From: Octopus bimaculoides
Lineage: Eukaryota
DNA length: 64,000 bases
Reading direction: 5' to 3'
Assembly (NCBI RefSeq): GCF_001194135.2
Contig: NC_068984.1
Coordinates: forward strand, 30,156,693-30,220,692
In this document: positions 41,608 through 56,075 of the stretch, piece after piece
How positions within the stretch are numbered: the stretch's first letter is position 1
Layout of the letters: the number at the start of each line of letters is the position of its first letter
The notes under the pieces: generated by a model
Told to the model about the DNA's origin: nothing
Databases searched by the model: none
What the model saw: the letters and a program-made list of their open reading frames with translations, nothing else
Program-made: the position numbers and the translations under genes

Positions 41608-44081
41608 TGCATACACTCACATTTATTCTGTCTTCTAAATAGAGGAGTGACTGAAAAAAATAAGGAAAATGGAGGATGAATTTTATTGAATCCATGTATG
41701 TACATGTATCCTTGTTTGTACGTATATACGTGTGTGTGCATGCATGTGTGCGTACACAAACACACACACATGTACACACACCACCAAACACCCCCTATAC
41801 ATTCAGTGTATCATATTATGGTATGATAAATTGAAAATCACTTTATTCCAATATCTTTGCATCCTATATGCTAAATGCTCAAAACAATTTTCCAAATAAT
41901 AAATGCTCAAAAAAAAGCAAAATATCTCACGGTTGATACATCGACTAAAGTAGAAGGATTTTCTTTGTATGGAAGACACCATGGTTTAATGTATCATGTT
42001 TGGAATAATAAAGTTAACAACCAAAATATTGTACCAAACAAATATTTCACATCCCCATACAACTGCTTTGTCTATACTGGAATTTATTCTTTCAGAAACT
42101 TTCTGAAACATGCCTTCCATTATATATGTGTATGCGTGTATGTGTATATATAAAGGATATGATTGTGCAGGTACAAATACAAGAATACAATGTGTTTTCA
42201 ATCATAATGTAATTATACCGTGTATAAATTGTATAAATAGTTGCTACATTCTCCAGAAACAATGTAGAGGTTGCCTGAATATATATGCATGATATATTAC
42301 ATGCTGTGATCCATCTTCCTGTACATCTTGAACATTAACAACCAGTATATTCTATAAAAAGAGGTGAAGGAAAGATATTCTAAAATGCCCAAGACAGAAA
42401 CACTCTTTTACAGCATTGTTCAGAGTAAATGAAATTGCAAAGGCTGCCAGCCAGTAACTCTAATCTGAAGTTCTTTATTATGTCTTTGACAAAAGAGTAG
42501 CAACATAGAAACAGAGAATATGTTAAGGGAATAAAATGTTTTCAAGAATCTATTCAGTGCCTCCTAAGCAAAGTGAAAGGTTTTTCTTCAGTTTTTTTTA
42601 TTATTAAATTTAAAAGGAACTGTAAGTTTTGATGATATTTGCACTAACGGTGATGTTATTTGCAACAAATTTCTGAAAGCATAAATCCATTAAATAATGA
42701 ACAGGAATAGTTATATAAGAAGTTGAAGTCAGAAAGCTACAACTGAGAGAAATGCTTGCCATTATAGGTCTCTAAAATAGACCGAGAGACTTCTCTGTGG
42801 CTAATCCAGCTGATTAGCACTATGTTCATTATCTTCTAACAGAGTACAAGACAAATGAAGCTCATAATAATGCTTTGCATCATATCCATTAGACACTGGT
42901 TATTCACAATATATACTGCCCTAAGGATTAGCTGAAAGTACAATTATTTTAATGATGAAGTGAATGAAGCTCATATTGAGAATTCTGCTGCTGGTTATAT
43001 TAAAGTACAGATTTTTAAATTAGCTGTAAAGTACGTTTAAATGAAGTGCACTGTGGAAAGTTTATTTGATAAATGAGCAGACCATTAGTTCTATTCCCTT
43101 ATGTTCAAGTAAGATAAGCATTTAAGAATATTATAATTCATGTAGAAGGAATATGTAGTTATATTCAGAAACTGGTATTACAGTGGATTTGCTAAAAGAC
43201 ATGACAGTTCACTGTATCTTCTATTTCCCTGTATACACCCTTGTAATATCATGATTAATTTTGCAAATTTCCTCAACAGATTCTCAAGCAAAATTGTTGC
43301 TTTGGTGCAAATAGATGACATGGCAGAACTTTCTATAAATATGCTGTACATAAGAGATAAAACATAATGATGAAAAATAGGTCCTTTAAATAGAAGATTC
43401 TTCTAGGTTAAATGTTTTGTCAAACAACACAAGAGTCACCAATGCAGTCATAATAGAGAGCTGCATCAAACAACCAGTGTTATAGGGATATGTGTGTAAA
43501 CTCCCAGACCCTCCACCACCATGAGAGCCCATAATGAAGCAACAATCAACAAATGTTTTCTGCACATGTGAAACAGAATTCTAAATAATGGAACCAATTT
43601 ATAAACAATCATTAATGAAATACCACAAGAAATGGTCTCAAATGGAGAATATTGCAGAGATTTTACATGGGAATTTGCTGGCCCTTAGGAAAAAATAGTG
43701 ATTGAATTGCATTTATTTGCAAGAATGTAATCCTAATTTCAAAAACCAAAGAATTTCTACAACCGAATAATGAAGTTCTGAATCACTTGCATGTAAAGAT
43801 TTAATATATATAACAGAGAAGACGCCATTGCAAACTGAGATATGGACCAAAATGTAAGTTAAACCAGAAAATATGATCAGATTCTCATGAATTGTAGCCC
43901 CTTATTGATTCAATTACAAAGCTGAAACATAATTTCAGTTCTAAAATAAGTCTACTGAATGAAACTGGATTTATTGTTACGGATTTAGCAATCCATTGCA
44001 TCACTGTACATCACTGAATAAATTATCAATGGCAACAGAAGAGATAATATATTAATACCAAGTGGCCTATTAATATCAGTA

Positions 44082-44244
44082 GGTGCAGGAGTTGCTGTGT
44101 GGTAAGTAGCTTGCTTACCAACCACATGGTTCCGGGTTCAGTCCCACTGCGTGGCACCTTGGGCAAGTGTCTTCTACTATAGCCTCGGGCCAACCAAAGC
44201 CTTGTGAGTGGATTTGGTAGACGGAAACTGAAAGAAGGCTGTCG

Positions 44245-44277
<33 letters not shown>

Positions 44278-44490
44278 GTGTGTGTTTGTGTGTCTGTGTT
44301 TGTCCCCCCAACATCACTTGACAACCGATGGTGGTGTGTTTACATCCCCGTAACTTAGTGGTTAGGCAAAAGAGACCGATAGAATAAGTACTAGGCTTAC
44401 AAAGAATAAGTCCTGGGGTCGATTTGCTTGACTAAAGGCGGTGCTCCAGCATATCCACAGTCAAATGACTGAAACATGTAAAAGAGTAAA
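44082..44490 (+). mobile_element. CORE-type tRNA-derived SINE (family B) with internal microsatellite
   Basis: ggtgcaggagttgctgtgtggtaag..ggttcagtcccactgcgtggcaccttgggcaagtgtctt (CORE-like accttgggcaag)..tail aaatgactgaaacatgtaaaagag. Confidence 0.9.
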
Positions 44491-47400
44491 ATGAGTAATG
44501 AGTGGATTTAGCCTTGACTGTGAGCTTTACTTTGAAAAGAAAACATAGTTACTCAATACCTCCTTAATTGCTACAACTATTAACAAGTCTCAAAGTAAAC
44601 CATTTGATGCATTTGAAAAATATTTGCCAAAGTTTATATTCATTCCTGGCTAATTTATGTTACTTTAAGTAAAACTAAAAACAGCAACAAACAGTACTAT
44701 AGGAGCAAGAGTGTCGGTAAATTATTACCTTCCAAGATTTATCCACAAAATGTTCATAGGGAACTTGTAATCTAAATATACAGTTAATATATGCACCAAG
44801 ACAAAGTATGAGGTTGATTTGCTACATTCTGAAATGTATATCCTAGTAAGGAAAGGTTATACATCGTTTATATAAATGTTAACCTGTACAAAATTATGTT
44901 ATGCTGTAGATATTACTGCAAATCACAAACTGTGACATATGTCAATATTGTTGTAAACTGCTTTCTGTTTAATACAGAGTAAAATGCAGATAAAGCTGGA
45001 AGTTTCATTATGAAATATTTTAAATAACACTCTATATATGGTAGTATCATGTTATGAAATATAATGCTGCATATAGCAATCACCATCATAATGAGAACTG
45101 TAAAACCTGTCAAATACTACAATTTGAAAACAGCAGGAAATGCACTTTCTTTAAATGCGAATCGTGTCGTATTATAAAACTTAAAATGTTATTGAAAAAT
45201 TGACAATGAACCAACTTCTGTAATACTGTAAATGTAATTGTGAATTTCCACGTATGCCATGCTATGTTATATTACAAATATTGTTGTAAAAATACAACCT
45301 ATTGAAGCATAATGTCAATATAATATTAATTTACGACATGCAGTTTAATTTGGCATTTTATCAATAAATTAGGGATTATTAGTGAAGGATTGATATCATT
45401 CATTAACTTATAATACCATAAAATGCTCCATCATTATTTTAAGTGGCACTAATTAGGATCAGACATAAACGAAAAAATATCTGAACACTCATATTTTAGA
45501 AACAATTTAATAATTACATTAAATTAGCAATATATCAATTCCATATCATGGAATTTGGTAACATTTATTTTGCTTCTTTAAACGTTGATGATTATGATTT
45601 GGTTCAAAACCCATTTATAAAATCTTTATATCCATTGATCACAGACTTAAAATCTATCTATGTTAGCTGTTGACATATTTTTAGATATCTTTTACAGAAG
45701 AATATACTTCAGTAACTAAAAAAGCTTTATCTATTTTGATTCAGTTTTCTACAACATGTTTATGTGAATCTGGAATTTCTTCACTTACAAATGCAAAAAC
45801 AGGGGAAAAAATAGAGAGATGGAGACTTCATAGTACTGAAGATGAAATGATGTAATGTTTTATCTTGAATACATAGCAAATGTAAAAAGAAGCATCGAAT
45901 TACTGATAACTATGCTGCAATAATTGAATAAACAAAGTTAGTTCTTAATAATATTCTCTATTTTAAACTGTTTATATTTTTAGGCTAAAAAATACAAATA
46001 GAACTTTTTATTTCATATTCACAATGCTTGTACATGCTCTAAAGTACAATGTGAGCTAAAAATATTTGGTAATAATTTATTTGGTAAATATGTATTAATA
46101 GATGTGGATGTTTCACACTTTGTAAATAATGTTTGCATTAGAAGATAGCCACAGTGAATAAATTCTACAAGCATTTTGGTGCATGACCCCACTTTCTTCT
46201 TGCAGTACTTTAAATTCCAGCTGCTGAGAGTCATACTTTGGCAGGTGGTTGTTCCAGAACAGAAAAATTCAAGTGAATCATCCATAGATTATTGTCAAAC
46301 AATATCAAGGAAAGAAAATCTGTTCTAATCTATGAACGACAATATAACACAGAAATAATTGGAGAAACTATTGAAATAGAAACTTCTGAGAAATAGATGC
46401 AACCAAGATGTCAGATCTGAAAACAAACAATTCACATAAGGTTAGGTCCTTGGGAATTTATATGAGAGATTCAATGAATAACTAAAAACTTGCACACAGT
46501 CACAGAAAACAGCATTATGAGGCACAGGTATTATAGTATCATATAAAGTGTTCTCAATATTGTTATATGTATAAATCACTTCAGAAACAAAGCTTCACTT
46601 AGTTATACATTCGATGCAATTAGTCACATTAAGATAACTGGAATAATAATACATTTTTTAATCACAGGCAGGATTCCACATTTATGAGTGCATAGGATGG
46701 AAATATGCAATGTTTAAGCATTTCATCAGTAATATGATTGATACTGTTATTATTTAACCGAAGCTTGGCCTTATCAAGTAAACCTATCATTAAAAGCATT
46801 CTGCCAAAAGCTTGTTGTTGGATTAGTTGCTATTTTTAGGAAATCAAAGTTAGTTTGCAAACTTGTTTCTGAAATTACCAATAAACGATAGTGGCTGCTA
46901 TTGAGGTCTTATAGTGAATATTTTGATTAATAGAAGAACAAATACGTTATTGTTTGAGGGGGATGGCGACTCCACCTTTGATTATATCAAATAATTTATT
47001 GAACTAAGATCTAAAACTATACATGCTTTTAGTTGTGATTGTGAAAGCTACACGCTCTATATCATAAATCATCTCATTCTACGCTCTGTTGTTTTCTCTG
47101 ATTCTGCCACTTATAACTTGATAACAGTAAGAATTACAATGGTGATGAAAAATAACTGGAAACAGATTTATCAGTAAATGATTTTGTCACTCAGAATGAT
47201 TTTGCATAGAAAATTTATTTGAAATTTGCCCTAAAAATTATATCAATGTACAATTAATAGATTGAAATCTGAAATTTCAATATCAGTATATACTTTGTAA
47301 ATGGTGAAAAAATACTAGTTAAAAATATGACATAAAATTTATTTCACTTCAAACTGCCACTATCTAAGAAACAATGCATGCATCCTTGTCATCTCATAAG

Positions 47401-48974
47401 AGCTACATCAATAGAAAAGATTTACTGCATGTATATAATGTAGATTACTGTTAGTAAAGATGAAAGGAGATTTCAAAGATGACGAGAAAGCAATTACCAG
47501 AAGCAATAATGTTACTTAATATTTTGTGATGACAAAGTCAATTTTTCTATGCCAAATAACTCTAGATAGTAGAGATGGAAACAGATAATACTCTCCTTTT
47601 CTCTTTCATTAAGCTTTTGATTTTTACTTATTTCATGAGCTTGTTTTATGTTTCTTTATTTATGTCATGCATTTATCAAGAATATGTGAAATGAACAATA
47701 TGAAGGCAGTGAAGACAGGATTGAGACACAATAAATGGAATTTTCTCTCCTATAAAGGATATTTTTAGATATACTTTCCAGTAAATGGAAATATTTGGGG
47801 TGAAGTTTCAAGAAATAGTCCTTTTATATCTAAAGATTTTTCTGTATAAAGTAAAATTGCAAAACTATGCATTAACATGTAGGGTTGCAAGAAAATCAAG
47901 CAGTGAAGGCTTAAAATGTACAACCTGATGCTGAGAAATCAAATTCTTTTCACTTTTCAGGAAAAAGAAATTGAAAGTGCCCAAAAACTTTAAATGAACG
48001 AATATTCACATCCACGTGACTGAGGATCTGATACAAATCGTTTGTTGTACCTTGATACAGTTTCCAAGGGGAACCAGTGAGTGGACTTCAAATTCTCTTC
48101 TGACAAGTTTTCCATTGTAGTTGAATCCCATCATTTATGTCTCTAGTCTGGCTACTTCCATCAGCCATAGAATACACAAGTATCTCCATTAATCATCTTA
48201 GTTCCTCCTTTAGCAAAATACTTTAACAATAGCCTAGAAGTTCTTCCCTTCCAGTGGACTTAAAGCATGCCAGACATGTATTTGAAACCTCTAAGTCTCT
48301 GTGCTACTACTAGATAGCCATTAATCAAACATTAGGTTTATTCATTCTTTATACAGATTGTTTTTTGTCCTAACAATTTTCTAACAACTCTGTTTACCAA
48401 ACAAGCATTGTGAGGCATTTTGTTTAATTTCTGTTGATATAAGCATACAAGAGGTTGCACCAGGTTTCTTTTTCCTGGCAGTATTTGTTAGTGACATCAT
48501 ATAATCATGATCTTTGCACACATTCTAAAATTGATGAGATCACAACTGTTGACAGTCAATTTGAACCTCTGTTGGTTAACATCTGCAGGAAAATATGGGT
48601 GGTTAGGAATTTCAAAGAGATACAGTTTTAGGAAAGAAAGATTATGTAAAATGTTTAATGAAGGCTCTAGTGTTTGAGGCAGAAAAGATGACAAAAAGAA
48701 GTGAGATATTTGTGTGTCAAGTGGTCCTGTTTGGAAAAAGATGAAGTATACTGTTCAATAGCCAAGACGTATATAACTAACTAAAGTTGGGCAAAAGAAA
48801 CAGCTTGTCTATAAGCCATCAATTGTAATACTTCCATTTTTGCCATGTTTTGTTATTTATGATACAATGTTATGATACAATATATGCTTTGGCTGTATTT
48901 TTGAATACTGGTACGGTTTAAGTTTTATACTGGAATGATCCTAATTTCCAAATATTTTCATTGTGAAAAAGCAT

Positions 48975-49120
48975 TGCATTAGGAAAGGCATCTGGCTGTA
49001 GAAACCATGCCAAAGCAGACACTGGAGGCCGTCCTTGTGGATCCTTGTCAAACCATCCAACCCATATCATAGAAGGTGGTTGCTAAATGATGATGATGGC
49101 AACGATGATGATGATGATGA
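48975..49120 (+). mobile_element. RTE-type 3' tail fragment
   Basis: gcattaggaaaggcatctggctgtagaaacc..ccaacccat..(gat)n. Confidence 0.7.
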
Positions 49121-49435
49121 CTTTATGAGTTATCAGCTTCAATGGGTTTCACTTCTGATTTAAATACGACTGTTCATTAACATACTTTATTTTCTTTCAA
49201 TGCCTTGTTGCTTTAGTATGATTCTAGACGTAGATTTCTCTAAGTTTGACTTATTTCTCTGTTTTTAGAATTGTGCTTTTTATTTTTCCTTTTTAAAACA
49301 ATAAGGACAAGTCCGAATTTGGTAGGGTTTTATACCAATAATTCTTGGAAGTCAAGTAACAATGCAAAGTTCCATTCATTGGTGTCTGAGGTTCAATAAT
49401 TTAAGTCTCTGTTCAGAAAAAGCCAACTCTTATAT

Positions 49436-49835
49436 NNNNNNNNNNNNNNNNNNNNNNNNNNNNNNNNNNNNNNNNNNNNNNNNNNNNNNNNNNNNNNNNN
49501 NNNNNNNNNNNNNNNNNNNNNNNNNNNNNNNNNNNNNNNNNNNNNNNNNNNNNNNNNNNNNNNNNNNNNNNNNNNNNNNNNNNNNNNNNNNNNNNNNNNN
49601 NNNNNNNNNNNNNNNNNNNNNNNNNNNNNNNNNNNNNNNNNNNNNNNNNNNNNNNNNNNNNNNNNNNNNNNNNNNNNNNNNNNNNNNNNNNNNNNNNNNN
49701 NNNNNNNNNNNNNNNNNNNNNNNNNNNNNNNNNNNNNNNNNNNNNNNNNNNNNNNNNNNNNNNNNNNNNNNNNNNNNNNNNNNNNNNNNNNNNNNNNNNN
49801 NNNNNNNNNNNNNNNNNNNNNNNNNNNNNNNNNNN
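49436..49835. other. Assembly gap flanked by an inverted duplication
   Basis: 400 N; 49212-49398 is the reverse complement of 49836-50022. Confidence 0.95.
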
Positions 49836-50907
49836 TATTGAACCTCAGACACCAATGAATGGAACTTTGCATTGTTACTTGACTTCCAAGAATTATTGGT
49901 ATAAAACCCTACCAAATTCGGACTTGTCCTTACTGTTTTAAAAAGGAAAAATAAAAAGCACAATTCTAAAAACAGAGAAATAAGTCAAACTTAGAGAAAT
50001 CTACGTCTAGAATCATACTAAATCAAAATCAAAAAAGTTTGGCATACAAATGTGAAAATTGTCCAGCAGATATGCTTTGATTTTATGGTTGATTGCCATG
50101 ATTTTCATTGAGTATTATCACTGGAAGATGAAAAGTAAGTATAATCGAGGTTCCCTAGTTCCAGGTAACCACTCTATTTATTTTAGTTTTCTCATTGGCC
50201 TTGAGTTGTTACCTTGAAGTTCACTGCTCTATGGAGAAAAAGTGCAACATCACAAGATAATATCTATAGATTTACACCTTGGTACTACCAAGCAATGGCA
50301 TCTGCTGAGAAACTTATCCTCTAGTACCTTGTAACAATTTGCAACATTCTTATATTCGTTTTTGCAAAATTCTTGATGTGAAATCGTGTGTTGAAACAGA
50401 TATTGTTGTATTTGGGGACGGTTGTGTTACCAGTTTAGCCCCCCCCCCAAAAGAACACACACACTATATATGTGGTGTTAATTTGCTAAGAAGCAACAAC
50501 AAGTTACAGATATCAAATTAAATTCTCCTATATATAAACAACTACCAGAAATATTCAGCGCTGCCTGGATTAAAGAAAAGAATGAAATTCGAAAATGCCT
50601 TTTAGATCTCTAACATGACACATGGATTATGAAGTTCTCAACAGTAATTAGCTGAGGTACAAACTATTAATGTCAATAACATATTTTGTCCAATGTTCTC
50701 ACTGTTAAAATTGTGAAAAAAAAAACAGGTAGTTCTTTGTCTTTGCAATCACCTTCAATTGTCAGTACTTATTTGAAACACGTTGAACCTGAAAATGCAT
50801 AAACTTCAGAAGAACCAGCCTGCAGGCACTCCTCTCCTGTTAAAAAGTACATCAACTCCACGGAAAATACATTTAAATGAGCATTCATTATAATGGCATT
50901 CCCACAT

Positions 50908-51059
50908 NNNNNNNNNNNNNNNNNNNNNNNNNNNNNNNNNNNNNNNNNNNNNNNNNNNNNNNNNNNNNNNNNNNNNNNNNNNNNNNNNNNNNNNNNNNNN
51001 NNNNNNNNNNNNNNNNNNNNNNNNNNNNNNNNNNNNNNNNNNNNNNNNNNNNNNNNNNN
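50908..51059. other. Assembly gap (N run)
   Basis: Run of N. Confidence 1.
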
Positions 51060-51571
51060 CACAAAAAATTGAAATTACTTTTTTTCTGTGCCTCTGATTA
51101 AAATTTTCGAAAACCAAACCCAGCCACATTACTTGGAAAAAAATAATCTTTATTCTGCTGGTTTTTCTTAAAATTTCGCACATGGGAAAGGCATCAAAAT
51201 CGCCCCTCCCCACTTTGAATGGGATATTCCTATCTTAAAAAGTAATAATCGATTATCTCGTTAACCATGGGAGTTGGAGGGCAATAAAAATCTCCTGAAC
51301 ATAAGCGGACCACGCTGCCGCTCTGTGTTGAATTTCACGTGATTCCACTGCAAAGTTCTCGAGTGAATCTGCCGACACTCAATCAATCAATCAATCAATC
51401 AAGCAATCAAGAACACTGCAATTTTTAGTATAGATTATATTAAGACAATTTATTTAAAATTTGAATAGACTTATCAATGAAAAATACAAAACATACTGAA
51501 GAAAATTGTGAATAAATGCATCATTATACACACACACACACACGCACGCATGCCCTCCCCCATATATGCAT

Positions 51572-51613
<42 letters not shown>

Positions 51614-52370
51614 CTTTGTAAAACTTTGGCTGGTAAGATCATGCATGGTCATTTTTCAATCATGATAGATATGAAGACACACTATCCACATCAAGTCATT
51701 TCAGATTCCTCTTCTTTCTTTATGTCAGCAGGACATTCATATATGTAAGGCAATATCTAGCTAATCTTTTGGCTTTCAGTTTGGTCTCTTTCACTATCAA
51801 TAATACATTATTATTTGCCAAAAGCCAAACTGCTTTGGAACCATAGAATTCCCAGTTGAAGACATTTTCGGAAATCATTGCTATCAACAGTCATAAAAAC
51901 TAGTAGTTAATATTGTTTGAATATGGTGGGGAAGGTAGTGGGGATAATGGTCTCATAAACTTTTATATACCGATTCCTGTCTCACAGAAAATAATCCAGT
52001 AAAAGCTAATTTTTTTGTTTTCTTTTCTACAGTTGATGTAAAATTCAATGAACATATGAATTTGTGTCACAGAACCTCTAAGTTGGCAATGTTGCTGCAT
52101 TGGTGCTGTTAATTGTTAAATATTTCTTTAAAAATAATACATCTCTATCATTTGCTTTTTTTTTATTAACTTGGGTTAGCACATCATATTTTAAATAAAT
52201 CATAACAAGTTTTGTCATTATTATTTAGCTATATTTACTTATCTACTTTCTTAACAGATGTAATTATCTTAGTGAATTAAAAGTCAAGCTATTGGATATT
52301 ACAGCTGTTAGTTTATTTCACTCTGCAGACATTTACTTGCTATGGGTCTAACAAATTTACAGTAAGTAAA

Positions 52371-52533
52371 GGCGCAGGAGTGGCTGTGTGGTAAGTAGCT
52401 TGCTTACCAACCACATGGTTCCGGGTTCAGTCTCACTGCGTGGCACCTTGGGCAAGTGTCTTCTACTATAATCTCAGGCCTACCAAAGCCTTGTGAGTGG
52501 ATTTGGTAGATGGAAACTGAAAAGAAGCCAGTC

Positions 52534-52588
<55 letters not shown>

Positions 52589-52800
52589 GTTGTGTGTCTG
52601 TGTTTGTCCCCCCACCATCGCTTGACAACTGATGGTGGTGTGCTTATGTCCCCGTAACTTAGTGGTTCGGCAAAAGAGACTGATAGAATAAGTACTAGGC
52701 TTACAAAGAATAAGTCCTGGGGTCGATTTGCTCGACTAAAGGTGGTGCTCCAGCATGGCTGCAATCAAATGACTGAAACAAGTAAAAGATTAAAAGAGAG
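52371..52800 (+). mobile_element. CORE-type SINE (family B)
   Basis: Closely similar to 44082-44490 over its whole length. Confidence 0.9.
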
Positions 52801-54341
52801 TAAGTTAAATGTTATTTGGTCTAAAAAATATAAAGTTTGTTTTATACAGCTGCCAAATAGGTACCAAGCTTCCTAGGTATATCGCTTGTAGGATACAATA
52901 AGTTCCTAAACAGAGAAAAAAATAAAGCAACCTCTATGTCAGTGACAGGTTTGCTAAAAATAAATGCAGTATTTCCCACTTCGATCTGAAAAAAAAAGCA
53001 AAAGCAAAGAAAGTAGATGAAAATATGAGAATGCTGTCATTGCTGAAACACTTTTAAACATAGTACTACTCAAATAGGGTTAAGAAAACAAATACTATAT
53101 ATATTTTAACTCTTTAACTGCAAAATTAAATTTCATGATTATCTCAGTAATGATGTTAAATATTTACTACAAAGTAGAATTGATATTTTCTGCAAGTCAC
53201 CTTCACTTAATAAACTTGATATATCTCAAAAAACATATTTTCAAACATGACATTCCTCCAAAAAAGGTAGAATCGTATATGATTCTGCTTTCTGCAGTTC
53301 AGTGGATATATCTGATTTCCACACGAAAAGGGTTAATTAATCATCAGCTTCAAGTTATAAAAATATAACTGTTAGAAATAAACTCTGTGATCTATGAAAA
53401 TCTTATACTTGGAAAACAGTATTTTTTAATTATTTATGCTTTTAAATAATTCCATTTTCTAATATTCAATGCAACACACAAACATCATTACAATCATGAT
53501 AGATAGAAGAGAGCAAATTAAGGAGTCATATTATGTAATCCAATATTAGCAATGTTTCTAGCTCTTAAGCATTGAATGTTTTTCTGATATACCATATCAA
53601 ACTAATCTAAATTATGAAGTAAATGCTCAAGAAATAATTACTCTAAGTAAAATCACATATCAATAATAGGCAATGTTGGAACCAGTTCACTATAGACTTC
53701 AACACTTTTGCCAGGTAACAGACATTAAGTAACTGCAGTACTGTTTCATTGTTCTTGAAATTATTTCTGCACTGTTGAAAATAGCTAAATGTTAAACAAC
53801 TAAAATTATGATATTGTCACATTTTCAATATTACTCGTTCCTAAGGAAAAGTCTTATCCAACTACATATACTATAAATACACTTAAACATCTCTGTACAT
53901 ACGTACATGTGTGTCTATGCATGTGAATATGCATCTATGTATAGAAGAAGTGGTTTAAAATCCATAGAGAAGATATAACTTACCTAAGAAGAAGGACACT
54001 CAAAATAAATCCATGACAGAATGAAGAAGTAACATCTAACAGCCTTGCAGAAGAAATAAGGATCCTTCTGCTAGGGTGAAGACAATTCAAATGGACAATA
54101 GGTACTTCAGAATAAAATTGATATAATTTTGAGAGGTCTTCTTGTACCATGAAATGCATGACGCAAACTTATAACTGAAATTAGATTTCAAACATTTAAA
54201 TATTGTCAGTATGCAAAAATATTTACTTTAATACAAGGAACAGTAAATGCTTTATTTTCCTCACATGTTTGTGTTAAGTAAGAAAAAAAACAAACCCATT
54301 ATATACATACAGAGGCATGTGAATATACATAGGCATATAAG

Positions 54342-54552
54342 TACAAGGAGGTGCTGAAACGTTCCTGGCTTTTGGGGTATCCTGAAAGGTCTGGCTGGAA
54401 GCCCAACCCTCTGAGTTCTTTTACAAGGCTTGGAAAAACTGAAGGACTGCTTCAATAAGTGTGTGAATCGGAGAGGGGAATATGTTGGATAAAATCATAA
54501 TTAACTGATTCTCTTGTATCCAAAGCCAGGAACTTTTCAGCACCACCTCATA
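54342..54552. mobile_element. Mariner-derived MITE
   Basis: TIRs tacaaggaggtgctgaaacgttcctggcttt and aaagccaggaacttttcagcaccacctcata; TA at both ends. Confidence 0.85.
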
Positions 54553-55829
54553 TGTATACTCGTCAATTAATATGCTTATAAATACATACACGTATGCATA
54601 CATAAATGTTCATGCAAGCATTCATAAACAAACATAAACAAAGATTGATTCACATTCATGGATACACATATACTTGCATATACATGAAAGCACACACATG
54701 CTCATTTTTCTTTGTAACACAAAAATAAAACATCTAATTATTTTCTGTCAATTAATAATCTATAGTTAGATCACTGGCAATCTCATTTACACCTAGTTTT
54801 GACTTAAGGTTTTGAGAACAATGTAATTATATAGAGAGAAGTGTGGGTGAGGAATAATTTTACCAGACGTAGTTTATAGTGTCTTGATCGTGGATATTTG
54901 TTCACCTTTCCTCATGGCAGAATAATAGTCATAATTGTTACGCACTGGATTTTCTATACAGGCATTGGTTGGATGAGTCGTCAAGTAAGTCAGTTCTTAT
55001 TTAATGTTACAATTGGATAGAGCAAAAGCTGGTTATAAGTTCAAACCATTCCAACCACTTAAATGCCTGCATAAAACCAGGAAACCTCATTTTGACTGCT
55101 CCCTAAGTCTGCTATGAGGGGCAGCTGAATTTCTTCAAATCACATTAACATTTTAAAAAGGGAAAAACACAGTGGACACATATGTAGTTTTAGGTAAAGA
55201 AAAAGACAGGATGTTGTGGCTGAAATGCTTTGACCATAAATCTGCTGAGTTGAAGTTAAACAATAACAACACATCAAGAAACTAACAATGCCAACATCCA
55301 GTGAATTCACTCACATCTACTGTTAACCTCCAAGACATCTATTTAAATCACTTTAAAATTCTTTAACACCCATTCACTATTCAATTTCTACTCTATCCAT
55401 TATGAAACTCTAAAGATATGAACGCCAATATCACTTCCTGATGTCATTGCTTTTCCATAAAATAATATTTTTTACCTAATGATAGTCACAGATGTAGCTG
55501 AGAACTCAACCCGATCTTTACTTTTTTTATGTTAGCATAGTAAAACCTACATAGTTAAACAGAATGATGGTATCTTGAAAACTATGAATATTTAACATTA
55601 ATACAATAATGTGTGACCCAACAAATGAACTTCTAAGTTATTGCTGAACCTCCAAGAAATAGAAACCAAATCACCATTCAATACCACCCAAACAACTTTT
55701 AAAAACAAAATTATATTAGACACAGTAGTTCTAGAAACATAATGCCTGAATGAAAACATGGTTAGAATACCTTTACTTATAGGACTGCTCAATCAAGACT
55801 GGCATAAGTGTAACCAACAACTAGTCATG

Positions 55830-56075
55830 TATTCAAAGAATACAATTATATACTTTTGAAGATGTGAAACTCAATCTTTGCATGTTTGAGGAATATCTAC
55901 TTCAATGATGTTAAGAATGCATTAGAAGACATGTTTATCAGACATTTTTTTTTTTTTAGGACTAGCTAATATAAGTATTATAGCAATAATTCAAAAAGTG
56001 CAATTATATATTTTTCAAGATGCGAAACTCAATCTTTGTTATTTGGTATAATATCAACTTCAGTAATTAAAAACA
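55830..56075. repeat. Diverged direct repeat, about 85-bp unit, about 158-bp period
   Basis: caattatatacttttgaagatgtgaaactcaatctttg (55843) versus caattatatatttttcaagatgcgaaactcaatctttg (56001). Confidence 0.8.

Noticed and set aside
44082-44160. tRNA-like A/B boxes (also at other SINE heads)
   Set aside because: They continue into SINE bodies and tails and lack a full cloverleaf; these are SINE heads, not tRNA genes.
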